Assembly (NCBI GenBank): GCA_904063045.1
Contig: CAJFCJ010000002.1
Span: forward strand, 1,116,001 to 1,180,000
Origin: Dimorphilus gyrociliatus
Taxonomy: Eukaryota > Animalia > Annelida
DNA length: 64,000 nt
Direction: 5' to 3'
Below, piece after piece: positions 26,281-38,747 of the stretch (positions are counted from its first letter, which is position 1; each line of letters begins with the position of its first letter). A program made the position numbers and the translations under genes. The notes under the pieces are model-generated. The model made no database searches, had not been told where the DNA came from, and saw nothing but the letters and a program-made list of their open reading frames with translations.

Positions 26281-29200
26281 ATGTTATATGTTCCAGGATT
26301 ATGTTTTACTTTTGTTTTACCTATATTTTATCTTACATCAGGTGGTCTATCATTAAAAAATATATATTTTTATTCCAATAAATGTTTTCTTTTTAAAATT
26401 CTGATGTGCAGGAATAAGCATTGGGCCTTGCTTGAATAAACGTTTGAATACCTTGATCAATAGTGAAATAGAGTTTCGTTGTCCCATACAAACCACAGCT
26501 ACAAACTACGAATGGAAGTTTAACAACCAAATCTTACGTCATAATACACGTACATGGAAACTGAAAAGTATTCAAGTTTCCGACGTTGGCCAGTATACGT
26601 AATACCCTATTAATAGACTATAAGAAATATAATAATACCATATTTAGACCATTTAAAAAAATTACTAAGCAAGTAAATTTTCAACTGCAAGTAACTATTT
26701 ATGAAATAGATGCGGTACTATAGATGACAGCGAAACAAAACAAAGATCTTGCTTAGTCAGCGTTCTCTGTAAGTTTTTCTTCAGATCATAAATAATCTTA
26801 TCTAGATCAGTTTATCATCTATGTACATTTTTATAGCAGAACCATCCGTAAAGTCACTTATTCATGAGACGTTTGAGCAATCAACTGTATGGTTATCTTG
26901 CCATGCTTCGTCAATACCACCAGGTATTCAATCTCATTCGAAAACAGAATCTTTACTATAGTCGAATACCTTTTTAAGTATCTATATATAAATGGACGAA
27001 AGGTGATGATACGCGAATCTTGTCTACGACTAGGACGTTAAAAATTAGCTATGTTGAAAGAGACGACGGAGGATCTTATAAGTGTGAGGCAAGCAATGAA
27101 ATTGATATTAATTACCCCGAAAGAAAATATATGGCAACTGGTACTGGTATAATTAGCTTGATTGTTCTTTGTAAGTTATCTATTGGAATTCTTTTTACAA
27201 TAATCCCTCATAACTATTTCCACAACAGATAAACCAAAACTATTAAAACATTCTTACTTAAAATTTTCTGGCACTATAAATCAGTCAAGTACTATTAAAT
27301 GTTCTTTTGATGCAAATCCACCAGCTACAGTATATTGGCAAAGAGAAAATACAACTATAACACAAAATGATAAATACTACATAATAGGTACAAGACAGAA
27401 AAGTTCTCTTATTATAAATAATATCGACAAGTCTGATTTTGGATATTATCGATGCATTGCTTTTAATAGAGTGGGAAAAGTATTGTATAATATTTTACTC
27501 TCTCGTCCTGGTACGTATAATTGTTTTTAGTGTATAGTATTACGTTACCTTGTTGTTGGAACATATTCACGTTACTAGGCATACCCGATAAGCCGAAAGA
27601 ATGCCGAATTGAAATGGTATCGGATAGCCTTGCAACTTTTCACTGTGTGCCAGGTTATTCCGGTGGACAAGATTACAGATTAAAAGTTGAAGTTTTAAAC
27701 AGCAAGGGTCAAATAATTCATATTAGCGACAAGTAGATGAATTATCTCTCAAGTGAAAGATAATAACATGAATCTCTTTCCTAGATTTTCTCATGATCCA
27801 TCCGGTTTGATTGTCACTGTGCGAAATTTATCACCCTCGACTAATTACGCTATTGTCTTTTATGGAGAAAATAAATTTGGTAGCAGTAATGTCGGCTTAT
27901 TATTATTATTTAATACGACAAGTAACTATTATTGTATTTCTCAGACTTTTTCAGAATAGCCCTATTATTCTATTACAGGGAGAGCGAAATCCTTACAAGA
28001 AGAAGACGAGAAGATTAGCTCCGAAACTAAACTTATTACTATAGGCGGTGCCATAGCCGGTTCTGTTTTTGTCATCGTTTTGATAATTGTTCTAGCTGTG
28101 TATTGTTCATGGAGGAAGAAAACTGCTAAAAAGAAAGAAGCTGAGTCACTTCGAACAAACACATATCAGACATCTTCGTCGTCAAATTTGGCAAGCTCTC
28201 TTGTAGCGAGAGACAAAATTGAACAAACAAATCATAGCTATAGGGACTGGCAAGGGGCACGCGAATCCTTCGCTCAGGATAAAGGATGCTCATACATCGG
28301 ACCGGCAATAGATTTGAAGTTCGAAAGTGGGGAATCTAATGACTATTGCTATGACAACATAGCAAACACTGCTAATACACACCATCTGGCAGGAAGTGGA
28401 GGCTTGAGTCTTTTCCCTTCGACATTAACAGCAAGTTTTAAAAGAAAAAAGAGGCCCGGCTCTTTTTTCCCAGGACAAAGTTCAAAACAAAATTCAACGG
28501 CACACGTTACAAATCTATCAATTGAAGTTGAGTCAAAAATAGAAGAGAGAGAGCAAAATCTACAAAATTACAAAAACAAAGAAAAAACTGTCAGTCCAAT
28601 TGCCTCGAGTGTCAACTTGAGGAAAAAACCAAGGCCATTGGTAAATCCTCAGCAGCTAAAAGTTCCAAATCTTCCTCAAATGTCGAGGCATTCAAGTAGA
28701 GTTTCGGTTTCTAAAATTAGCCAAGATGGATCAAAAACTCTTTCCCAACCTATAGATGGCGCTTGTATTGGCGATGGACATTCTCAGATTGATTCTTGGG
28801 AGTTTCCTCGATCAAAACTCAAAATAATTCGAAAGCTCGGAAATGGAATGTTTGGTGAAGTATGGGAAGGTCAAGTAAAAGAGATTATGGGTTATAAAAG
28901 TTTAATGAAAGTTGCCGTCAAAACTGTTAGAGAAGAAGCAGACGATGACGCTAAAAGGAACTTGATAAAGGAATTACAGTATATGAAAACTTTGCAAGCT
29001 CATCCTAATATTATTACATTATTTGGCTGTATTACAATGTCTCACCCAATGGCTATAATAATGGAATTAGCCACTAACGGTAATCTTCAAAACTATTTGC
29101 GTCGTTGCCGTTATAACAACATTGATGCTGCAATTGTCACGCAAAAAACATTGACTACATTTGCGATGGACGTCGCGAATGGAATGTCTTTTATTAGCAG

Positions 29201-29793
29201 TAAAAAGGTAAGTGGAAAAATATCAGTTTTTTTTCATGGCTTACAATATATATTATTATACAATTGTATTTTATTTGTAGTTTCTTCATCGCGATTTAGC
29301 TGCTCGAAACGTTTTAATCGATGAACAAATGATTTGCAAAATAAGTGATTTCGGCTATTCAAGAGATATTATTCATAGTCGCCAGTACGAAAGTAAGTCT
29401 CAAGCTAAGCTCCCTCTGCGTTGGATGGCACCAGAATCACTCTATGATGGTCTCTATTCAGTCAAGTCTGATGTTTGGAGTTTCGGCGTGCTTTTATGGG
29501 AAATCATTACCTTGGGTGCTACACCATATCCTGGGATGTCCGGCTCAACAGTTATGATTAAAGTCAAGGAAGGTTATCGACTGCCAAAGCCGCTACATTG
29601 TGCCGATGTGTTGTATGACTTAATGAACGAATGCTGGAGGAGTAATCCAAAGCTTAGACCATCATTTCACCGTTTGTATTCACATTTAGAAGTTATTGGT
29701 CAACACATTGCTAATCAGCAGAACATGAGCGTTACGAAAATGGAAGCGAACATGTTAGATGTTTTACAGGATGTTCCAGGCGAAAAGTGCTGA
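26281..29793 (+). CDS. Receptor tyrosine kinase: signal peptide, 3 Ig, 1 FN3, TM, long juxtamembrane region, Cad96Ca/Stitcher-like kinase
   Basis: All exons splice in frame: MLYVPGLCFTFVLPIFYLTS|G; Ig ends DVGQYT|C, DGGSYKC, DFGYYRC; FN3 PDKPKEC..CVPGYSGG..YGENKFGSS; TM IGGAIAGSVFVIVLIIVLAVYCSW. Kinase has LGNGMFGEV, VAVK, HRDLAARN, DFG, LPLRWMAPES, SDVWSFG. Confidence 0.9.
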
Positions 29794-29966
29794 TAATTTT
29801 AGTACTTTTATTCATATATACTAATAAATTATATATATATACAAATATACTGTGCAGTATATATTGTATATAACCTATTTTAAATACATTTTTTACAATT
29901 TTTTTTTAAAAACGTGTCCTCTTTTTCGTCCCAATCTAGTAAATGAATAATTATGAGAAGAGTTAG

Positions 29967-30365
29967 TTAATCACTAGGATTTGACGCCTCACTGATAGGA
30001 CTTAACTGCATAAGATTCGATGAACAAAAATTGCATGAACAAGCTATATGATTTCGCTTTTCCTCTTTTTTCTGTGATTCTATTACTTTGTCCAATAACC
30101 TTATATATTTAATAGCGAGTCGAAGAACTTCGTTCTTGCTTAATTTCTTATCCGGCGGGTGAGTTGGTACTAGTTTACGTAATTCAGCAAATGCCCCGTT
30201 AACATTTTGTTGTCTCCATCTTTCTCGACTGTTACTAAAAACTCGTCGCGGTCTTCTAGAAGGCTCGGGACTTATAAGGAGCTGTTGAGGGGGTGGGCAA
30301 TAGAATAGCGGCGGCGTTTCGTCTTGTTCTATAGGACCATCCTCGACTTCATCATCGGATTCCAT
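29967..30365 (-). CDS. TAL: TAL/SCL-family bHLH transcription factor (small, TAL2-like size)
   Basis: [49 protein letters not shown] is nearly identical to the TAL1/TAL2/LYL1 bHLH. An acceptor sits immediately before the ATG. A possible upstream exon ending at about 30870 could add MFHWTIRI in frame. Confidence 0.95.
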   Translation of the reverse strand: MESDDEVEDGPIEQDETPPLFYCPPPQQLLISPEPSRRPRRVFSNSRERWRQQNVNGAFAELRKLVPTHPPDKKLSKNEVLRLAIKYIRLLDKVIESQKKEEKRNHIACSCNFCSSNLMQLSPISEASNPSD

Positions 30366-31499
30366 TATTCTATATAAAGAAAAGAATTGTTTCTCAGGCG
30401 CTTAAGCGGAGCGTATGCGTTTATAACCGGACAATGACAAAATGTTGACAGCTCGTTTGTTTATCAACGACCTTTATACTTGACTTTACAACCTTGCGGG
30501 GCGTGTCAACGTCATTTACAGTCGTATGCAAATTAATATCTTTCTATTTCTATATCGTCAACTGTAATTTGTTGCCATAAATATTTACCAAAGAAAAAAG
30601 TAATAGTCATTTACGAATACAAAATGACCAATTTGCCATTTCAACTATTCCTGATCAGATTATGTAAGATATATATTACTTTGCTGTGATTGAGAAAATG
30701 ATAGTAAATTAAATTTAGCCACAAATGACGCATGCTTTGTACAATCCTTTTCGGGAGAATAAATGTGAAACTTGTAATAATAATAAAATATACTAATACA
30801 AACTTTGTTACTATAAAGCTCAGGAAGTTAATTCTTCAGTTACTGTTCTCTCTCGCTCGCGAATCTTACCGAATTGTCCAATGAAACATTCATTTGCTTT
30901 ATTTGCATATCAGCAGGGAGTCGTGATCCATCTCTTTATATTACAATCAAAGGGGGCAATTGGATAGGGAACCAGTCAGATACTTTAGGATTTGAGCCTG
31001 CTGATTGGACAGACGTTTCCGAAAATATAATCACTTTAAGCATAGTTAAATTGTTAAATTATTGCTTGTATTACGTTTTATCACTGTTTACGTTGAATAA
31101 TATATTGATATAAAGAATATCTAACAATTGTTAGATATGTTCTGCTTTGAAAAGAATTAAAATGTAATTATGAAAATATTACAATGAAAAATGATATGCA
31201 ATATGACAGAAAAGTATGAATTTTTAATAAGTGGTTTGCAGGAGACAAGATATTTGATGGCGTAACGAATTGGCACTATTCTTCTCTTTTAAATACGTGC
31301 TGAGTTCGGAAATTGTTTTATTTTGACACTTATACACACGACACTTGACGCTTCACACGTGCCCTTCTTTATTTCGTTTTTCTCTGCGACCACCAAAGAG
31401 CAACATTTAGACAGGGACTAACACACTGTATTTAATTCTTTTTACACATTAATCCTAGCTCTTAATTTTAACGACCAACAATCACTTCGACGCGTGTCT

Positions 31500-31541
31500 G
31501 TCACGTGACGGTCGCTTTTAGGCGTCTCTTCGGCACGTGAC
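31500..31541. promoter_or_regulatory. Tandem CACGTG E-boxes in a CpG-rich island
   Basis: GTCACGTGAC (31500-31509) and GCACGTGAC (31533-31541), between the TAL 5' region and the AGPAT5 3' end. Confidence 0.45.
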
Positions 31542-32015
31542 TAGGCGAACTAAAGGCGGAATAAATAAGCAATTGCACAAGAAATATATACACCGGTATG
31601 CATATTTGATAATTTTTAATGTCTTATACGTATGTCTGAAATTTCTGGAACATGATTAATAGTCGTCAGATTCGCTCCATTTCTCTGTATAGAGCGACCG
31701 AGTGTTGCGGTGCGATAAGAATATCACTACGCTTAATCTGAAGGAAACTTTCATCGTGTTTGTTTTGTCCGCTTAGTTTGTGAAATTGAATTAGTTTCAT
31801 AAATTATCCTCATTACTAAGTGAGAATTGTTATAATGGCAATAATCAAGAATTTATTAATTAACTAGTATTCTTTAATGAACAATAACTGCGTAAAAAAT
31901 TCAGAGACATATTTTGATTTTTTTTTGGCTTTGGTTCAGAATTAAACATATAAATATAGAATACAAGTATAGATTATAAAGATATATTGCATCTTTTGGT
32001 CATATATGTAAACTT

Positions 32016-34079
32016 TTAGGTGGTGATAGCCATCCAAATCCATGAGAAAACTGCTGAACCCAAACTAGCTTTCAAATAGAGGGCCCTACCCGTCGCGGTA
32101 ACTATCAGGGGAACAGCCATTGAGAGAAAGAATAGAAATGAGGGTATAGTTTCTCTCAGCTGTAAAGTATTTACAATTCCTCCGTCGCTTAGTGCGCCGT
32201 CAACAGTGTAATATCGTTGAAGCATTCTGAAACATTTTTCAAAATGAAATTAATTACAAATAGAACTAACTACATTTAAGTTGAAAATCTAACTTGTCTT
32301 TTTGCATAAAGCGATCGTGAAGCCATTCGCCCAAACCAGCATCGTCTTTTGGTATGTTTTTGGTTTCTATTCTTTCCATATGTATATGAACCTCCTTACA
32401 TCTACCGTTAAGAAAATCTATCCAAGAGGTATTGTCTTATTTAGAGTAAATTGTAAAAGAGAAAAACAATACCTATTAGGCCAGGTGCCTGTTTACGTTT
32501 ACCATTTTCATCAACAGAGCCTTCATAAGCTATAGTGACATTGTACATGACAGTTGAGTCGAGAGATTTAAGGCATTGTTGAACTGCCTTATACCTTGGA
32601 CTTAATACGTAATCTAATTCGGGGAGTCCTTTATCGTAAAAAAAATATTCTTGTTAAACAGCAGTGTTTGTTTACTTAAGAATTAACTAATTTAAACCTT
32701 GTTCTTTAGCATACTTTCGACTCTTTTCCATTACTTGTTTTTGACTTGGATTATATCTAGTACCTTCTGGAAAGACTATCATCCAGAACTAAATATATTG
32801 AAGAGATAAGCTATTCTTAAAAAACACTGATAGTAATCGTAATTGTTAAAATTCTTACAGGTATTTTTTTATCACGAATTTCTTCTAGTTGAGTCTCAGC
32901 TTGACTTTTTTCATACTTTCCACTCCTTTTTACATAGACACACTTATGCTAATATAAAATAAATGTTTTAATTATTGACTTAATGTTGAATGATTGAAAA
33001 ATAAAGCAAGAAAACTAAAGAAATTAGAGAAAAAGAAGCACCATTCGAAAATATAAGCCATATATGGGGAAATATCTAAGACTATTTTTTAAGATGTATC
33101 GAATGCGCCCAATCGTCCCCTGCCGAACAGCCAACATATCTGCCACCATCCAATCCACTACGATAGAAACATATAGAGCATTTTAGACAACCCTTAAATT
33201 AATAAAAATAATGAGGTAAAGGCTTATTTTACTTGTGCATTGGTGATTACAAATAAGTATGGTGTTTTCTTCTTGAGCGCTAATCGCTTTCGCATCTCCG
33301 TATAATACTATCTGTTTAGATTAGAAGATATAGTATATCGAGAGATAAAATTTTCAGTCTTTAGTCGTTTACCTTCGTTCCGGTGCAATGTTCGAAGAAA
33401 AATAACACCATTCTCTGATACATTGAGTATAGAACTTCATCACCGTAATGGAAAATAGAGTGTGGAAGAACCAGGGTTACTAAAGGGGAGAATATGCGAT
33501 CAAAAAAAGCTTATTAAATATTTGTCCATACATTTTTGCTATTAATCTAGATTATTTAAAAAGATAATAATCAATTCAGCGAAAGTTGAAAAAAATACCG
33601 CTTTTAAACATTTATGAATGATAAATTAATAGCTTAGCGCACATATTTTTAAATTTTCTACTGAGTTTTAACGAAACACAGTTGCTTAAAATAACACATT
33701 GCCTACTACAATTGAGTTTTTTTTTTATATTGGCCTTTAGAACTATAGAAGATCGTGTAATGGACTAAAAGCAACCATAAATTTTATGAACCCATAAATC
33801 TATTAATCAACAGATTTGTTATAACAAAATTTTAAAGGAACCGTCATTATTAACAGTCAAAATAGCTTTTAAAACCAATTTGACCATTTACTTTTCTTTT
33901 GATTTTCATATATATGAATTATAAAAAGAATACATAAGTTGAATAGAAAAAAATATATCAATTGATTTACCAGCTCGCCAAGCCGACCAAACTACAAAAA
34001 AATTTGTAGACGATCCCAGAAGAAACGTAGCGGGTAGAACCCACTTTACAGACGGGAAGTGTGCAAGGAAAGTCAACAT
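32016..34079 (-). CDS. AGPAT5: 1-acylglycerol-3-phosphate O-acyltransferase 5, 9 short exons
   Basis: Hand-spliced: MLTFLAHFPSVKWVLPATFLLGSS..|..YSMYQRMVLFFFEHCTG..|..ILICNHQCT|MDWMVADMLAVRQG..RYILK|..VYVKRSGK|FWMIVFPEGTRYNP|..VLSPRYKA..YNVTIAYEG|..EWLHDRFMQKD|..GRALYLKA. Contains the NHQxxxD and FPEGTR acyltransferase motifs, colinear with human AGPAT5 as recalled. Confidence 0.93.
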
Positions 34080-34250
34080 AATTGTGTTGAGATAATTTCA
34101 GGGAAAAGGACGAAATTCATAATTCGTCCTTGACACTTAACATATTGATTATATAACCTTGGTTGTCGTATAATATTTTGGGAATAATTAAATTGGAAAT
34201 ATTTTTGGGTTATATGAAGGGAAAAAAGCTGAAAAGAAAAGAATTTTCGT

Positions 34251-34261
34251 ACCCGGAAGTG
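34251..34261. promoter_or_regulatory. ETS/GABP consensus in the divergent AGPAT5-MAK promoter
   Basis: ACCCGGAAGTG, about 170 bp upstream of the AGPAT5 ATG. Confidence 0.5.
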
Positions 34262-34769
34262 CCTCGTTATCGCGAATATGCAGATTAGCAAAACAATTTC
34301 AAACATGGAAGCGCACGAATTACCGGACTACATAAGGTACATTTTATTTATTTTGTTAGCTTAATTCTTTATTTTGAAATCGAAATCTTGTAACTCATCC
34401 TTTATCTATCCTGGTATAGAGTTAATGAAAAGTGTCAATTGACTTTAAGTATTTTATAAGCGTTGTTTGATTTACCTTTCCATATAAAGCGCTGCATACC
34501 AACGTTGCCATGTAGTGAAAAACTCTTAATAACAATAATTCATTTGTTATATTTCCTCTCGAGTGTCTAAATCATGAACATATTATTTTATTGCAGATTT
34601 TTTTAAGGAGAAGTAACATAATGACAAATAATCGACGCTCGATTTGATATATACTTGGAATTTAAATCAGAAAAATCGAATTTTGGTTTCTAGTCATCAG
34701 CATTAAAGTATTTAACGTGCCAACGTGAAAAATTTTATATTTGGTGCAATACAAAAAGTAGATTGAAAA

Positions 34770-37700
34770 ATGAACCGATACCAGATTATGAAACAGTTGA
34801 GTTTGCCTTATTTCTTTAGTTCTATTTGTAAATAGTTGTACTTTCATTTACGAATTAGGCTAGGTGATGGGACCTACGGGAGCGTCCTTTCGGCCAAATC
34901 AATTGAAAGCGGAGAAACAGTTGCCATAAAGAAGTAAGTAAATATTTAGTTTTTTTAAGTACTATATCACTTCCAAGACTCTGCGTTGAAATTTAATGCC
35001 TTGTTACGACTGAGGAATTATATAAAAGTTGGTCATCGACACTGCTATTAGTTTGAAATTTATTTTTGTAGCTTTTTACTAGACCATTTAACAAATATAA
35101 AAATGTATCTGTGAACTCATAGGATGAAGAAAAAATACTACTCTTGGGATGAATGTCTAGCACTAAGGGAAGTAAAGGTAAATTGATTATTTTCTAAATA
35201 TGTCAATGATTACTATGCGTATATAGATTTTTTTTTCTTCTTCGTTTACAAACGTTATTGTTAATTTAATGGTTAAATATTTTACTCTTTGTTTACTTTT
35301 TAAATAGTCTCTACGCAAATTAAGTCATGCGAATATAGTCAAATTAAAGGAGGTGATAAGAGAGCATGACTTTCTCTACTTTGTTTTCGAATTTATGAAG
35401 GAAAACCTCTATCAATTGATGAAGGATAGGTAATTTACTATTTTAAATTGAATTATTAATCATATACTTTAAAGCTAATGAAAAGAAACATAGTAAGATT
35501 TAAATTATAAATAGCTATATATTGATCATTTTATGTTCTTTGTGACTATTATTCTAATTAACATTGGTAGGTTAAATCTTTTCTTTTTCAACTTTAGGGA
35601 TCGTTTATTTCCTGAATCAACTGTGCGTAATATATGCTATCAAGTATTTCAAGGCCTAGCTTTTATGCATAAGAATGGTAAGATAGATTTTATTCTAATT
35701 TCGTTTTTAATTCTTACCAATTTAAGATATCTTATTTCACTACTACATGTTATTGATACGAATTTTATGAGGCATTTCTCTATCGTAAGTTAACACACAC
35801 ACACACACACACACACACAAAGAAAATGTTGCAAGAATCTCCTCAAATTGACAAGATGGCGGTAATTACATCGTTAAGATATACTGATTTTAATTTAGGT
35901 AGAGAAACGCCTTGTATTGATTATGTTTCATTAAGATGGTCAAGGCTATTTAATTTTAGATCGGCGAGTCTTTCGGATGAGTGGAACGTATATTTAATCA
36001 AATATTATTTTACTCTTCCTTTGTTAATATTTCTTATACTCTTGTATAAATGAAAAGTTACTATGGAGACAAAGTAATGAAAAAGCTATATTCTTTAGGC
36101 TACTTTCATCGAGACTTGAAGCCGGAAAACTTGTTGTGTAACGGGCCTGATATGGTAAAAATAGCTGATTTTGGATTGGCGAGAGAAACAAGATCGGCAC
36201 CACCTTACACTGATTACGTTTCAACGCGATGGTCAGTATTCAATGGGATTTTTTTTTAAAAAGAAAGAATTGAATGTTATTTCTATTTTATTGCTTAAAA
36301 AAAAAGCACAATCCTTTTTATCAAAATGTTGAACGATTTAGCGATTTTTTTTATTGTTTTCATTCACTTGACTCACAATATATTTTGAAAGTAAAGGATG
36401 TTAATTTTTCTCCTATTTTCAATAGGTATCGGGCTCCAGAAGTATTACTGAGGTCCACTTCATACAATTCGCCTATCGACATTTGGGCTATGGGGACCAT
36501 TATGGCAGAATTATATACCCTTCGACCTCTTTATCCAGGAAATAGTGAAATAGATCAAATGTTCAAAGTTTGTTCAATTCAAGGCACCCCAACAAAGGTA
36601 GTAAGTAAAAACGATGATACGTTTCATTAATTTCAATTAATTTTATAGGAAGACTGGCCTGAAGGCTACCAATTAGCATCTGCTATGAATTACAGATGGC
36701 CACAAATGGTTGCAACAAATTTTAAGCAAATCGTACCTAGTGCAAGTAGTGAAGGTTTAGATCTCTTGAGAAGGACTTTAATGTGGGATCCCAAAAAGCG
36801 TCCTCAAGCTGTCCAGTGTTTAAGACACGGATTCTTTACTGTTGGCAATAATCTTAATAATTCTCAAAAGCTTAATAGGCCACAACAGCAGAATACGGTA
36901 ACGAAGCCAATATCAGTGGTTAAAGAGCCTGCCTTACCATCTTTAGGCAATTCAAATGCTACCAGAAAACCTCTACAGGAAAAAGATCCTCTAAATATTG
37001 TTACCGCAAAAAAATCTGCTCAAAAACGAATAGGAGGAGGCATGTCTAGCGATTGGGATGACATGGATGATTTAGGATTATCTATGTCCTTACCAAGAAA
37101 GAACAGTCATATGGCAGCACCTGCACGTAGACCTAGTATAGGCTATAATAAACCGACCCCCTTAGCGGCAAAACACTTTGATGATATGGATGACTTTGAG
37201 GATATTCTCAACTCTCTCGGAAATCCAGCACCCAAGCCGCCTACTCAAACTCGTCAAGATTCTGGCCGACGACTTTCCGCCTCTCAGCGCTATCAAAAGA
37301 TGGCGCGGTACAAACCAGGTATGGCTTATCTAGAATATTTCAACCCTTATTTTCCTATCACATATTGAGCATGAACAATTTGTTTTGCACATTCACTCTA
37401 TCGTGCCACTCACGCAGGTCACAATCGAGTATCTAGCGGTCGTCGAAAAGATCGAGATAGTCCCTTATCAGGCCTTTTATCACCTCTGCCTGGAATCAAT
37501 AACAGGGGTAACGGCCAACGGCATTCAATATTTGGTAGGTTTTATTCTAAATCACATGTTCACTTGACTTTCTCACATTTGTGAATTACGAGATAAAATT
37601 CCAGACAAAGAATGAATCATTCTTTTGTTTGACTAACAGGACCGTCGTCTTACGGAAATGCTGCTGCTAACAAAAACTCGACATATATCCCATCTTTTGC

Positions 37701-38105
37701 TGACAATTCGAAGGGAACAACAGGTTAGACAATGGTTTTTTTAAAAATTTCTTTTATACCATGACCCTGTACCTGGGACTAAACAGAGTAATAAAATACC
37801 GGTGTGATACAGGTTTCAGGGCCATGGGGCTTCGCCCAACACAAGCTGCAGCACCTATTTCCACGTTAAAGCAGACATCAGCTAATAAGCAGCCTGTAAA
37901 CGTTGCTGGTAGAACGGATTGGACTGCAAAGTAAGCTTTATTAATGTGTATAACATCCTCAATATATTTTCTTCTCTATATCTCACATTTCGCACTTCAT
38001 GGTGCAATAAATAAAAAAACAATGTATTTTTCTCCATTAACATCTAATTTACGATCATCTAATCTTGTTTTCTTTCCTCTTTTATCTTCTAGGTACCTCA
38101 AATAG
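34770..38105 (+). CDS. MAK: MAK/ICK (CILK1) ciliary RCK-family Ser/Thr kinase
   Basis: MNRYQIMKQ|[13 protein letters not shown]|[19 protein letters not shown]; [20 protein letters not shown] activation motif ([11 protein letters not shown]|YRAPE); C-terminal GRTDWTAK|YLK-stop. Confidence 0.95.
35772..35938 (+). other. Degenerate tandem copy of the MAK catalytic/activation-loop exon (pseudoexon or mutually exclusive exon)
   Basis: An open frame reads ..FLYRKL(TH)n..[20 protein letters not shown]|gtcaag, versus the real exon [31 protein letters not shown]|gtcagt. Same 3' donor position and phase. Confidence 0.7.
35793..35819. repeat. (AC)n microsatellite
   Basis: About 13 AC units inside the degenerate MAK exon copy. 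Confidence 0.95.
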
Positions 38106-38747
38106 AGAAATGGTACAGAATATTATATCCTTCGATTAGAAATTTATCATAACTCTGCAAATCATTGTTAAAAATATTCACTTGACAAAATATTGTCTCA
38201 TCTAACTTGTAATATGAAATTAAAAGGGATGAATATGTGTGTAATAAGTCTTTTAATTATTGGTCCAAAAATAGAAAGACTTAAGCAACCGCGCGATAAT
38301 TTAAAATATATTTAGTTAATGAATGAATGAACGAAAAATTTCTATTTTGTTTGCGTTTTTAAGGAGACATTTGTAAAGTTTATTTTATATTAATTTTTGA
38401 TTGTTAAGGTTTTTTTCGAGACAAATAAAATTATAGCTATGTGATATTGAATATTATACAGAAGACATACTTATCTTAAGTATTATTTGCAAAAACTTTA
38501 CGTATAAATCAATATTCCTTAGATCGTACGTAATTATAACTGATACTGTGTTTTGGAACACCATGCTATACTTATAACAATATCTGATGTGAATGATAGT
38601 TCGAATGTATATGATATATTTAATATTCTTTGTTTGATAAGAAATTATCCAACTTAAATAAAAAATATTCGTTTTATCATATTTATCAGGCTGTATTTAC
38701 AAACAACAAAGGTAGAGCATTAACAAACATAAAAAAAATATCATATT

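Noticed and set aside
34504-34517. RFX X-box upstream of ciliary kinase MAK (GTTGCCATGTAGTG)
   Set aside because: Only the left half-site matches; the right half lacks RGYAAC.
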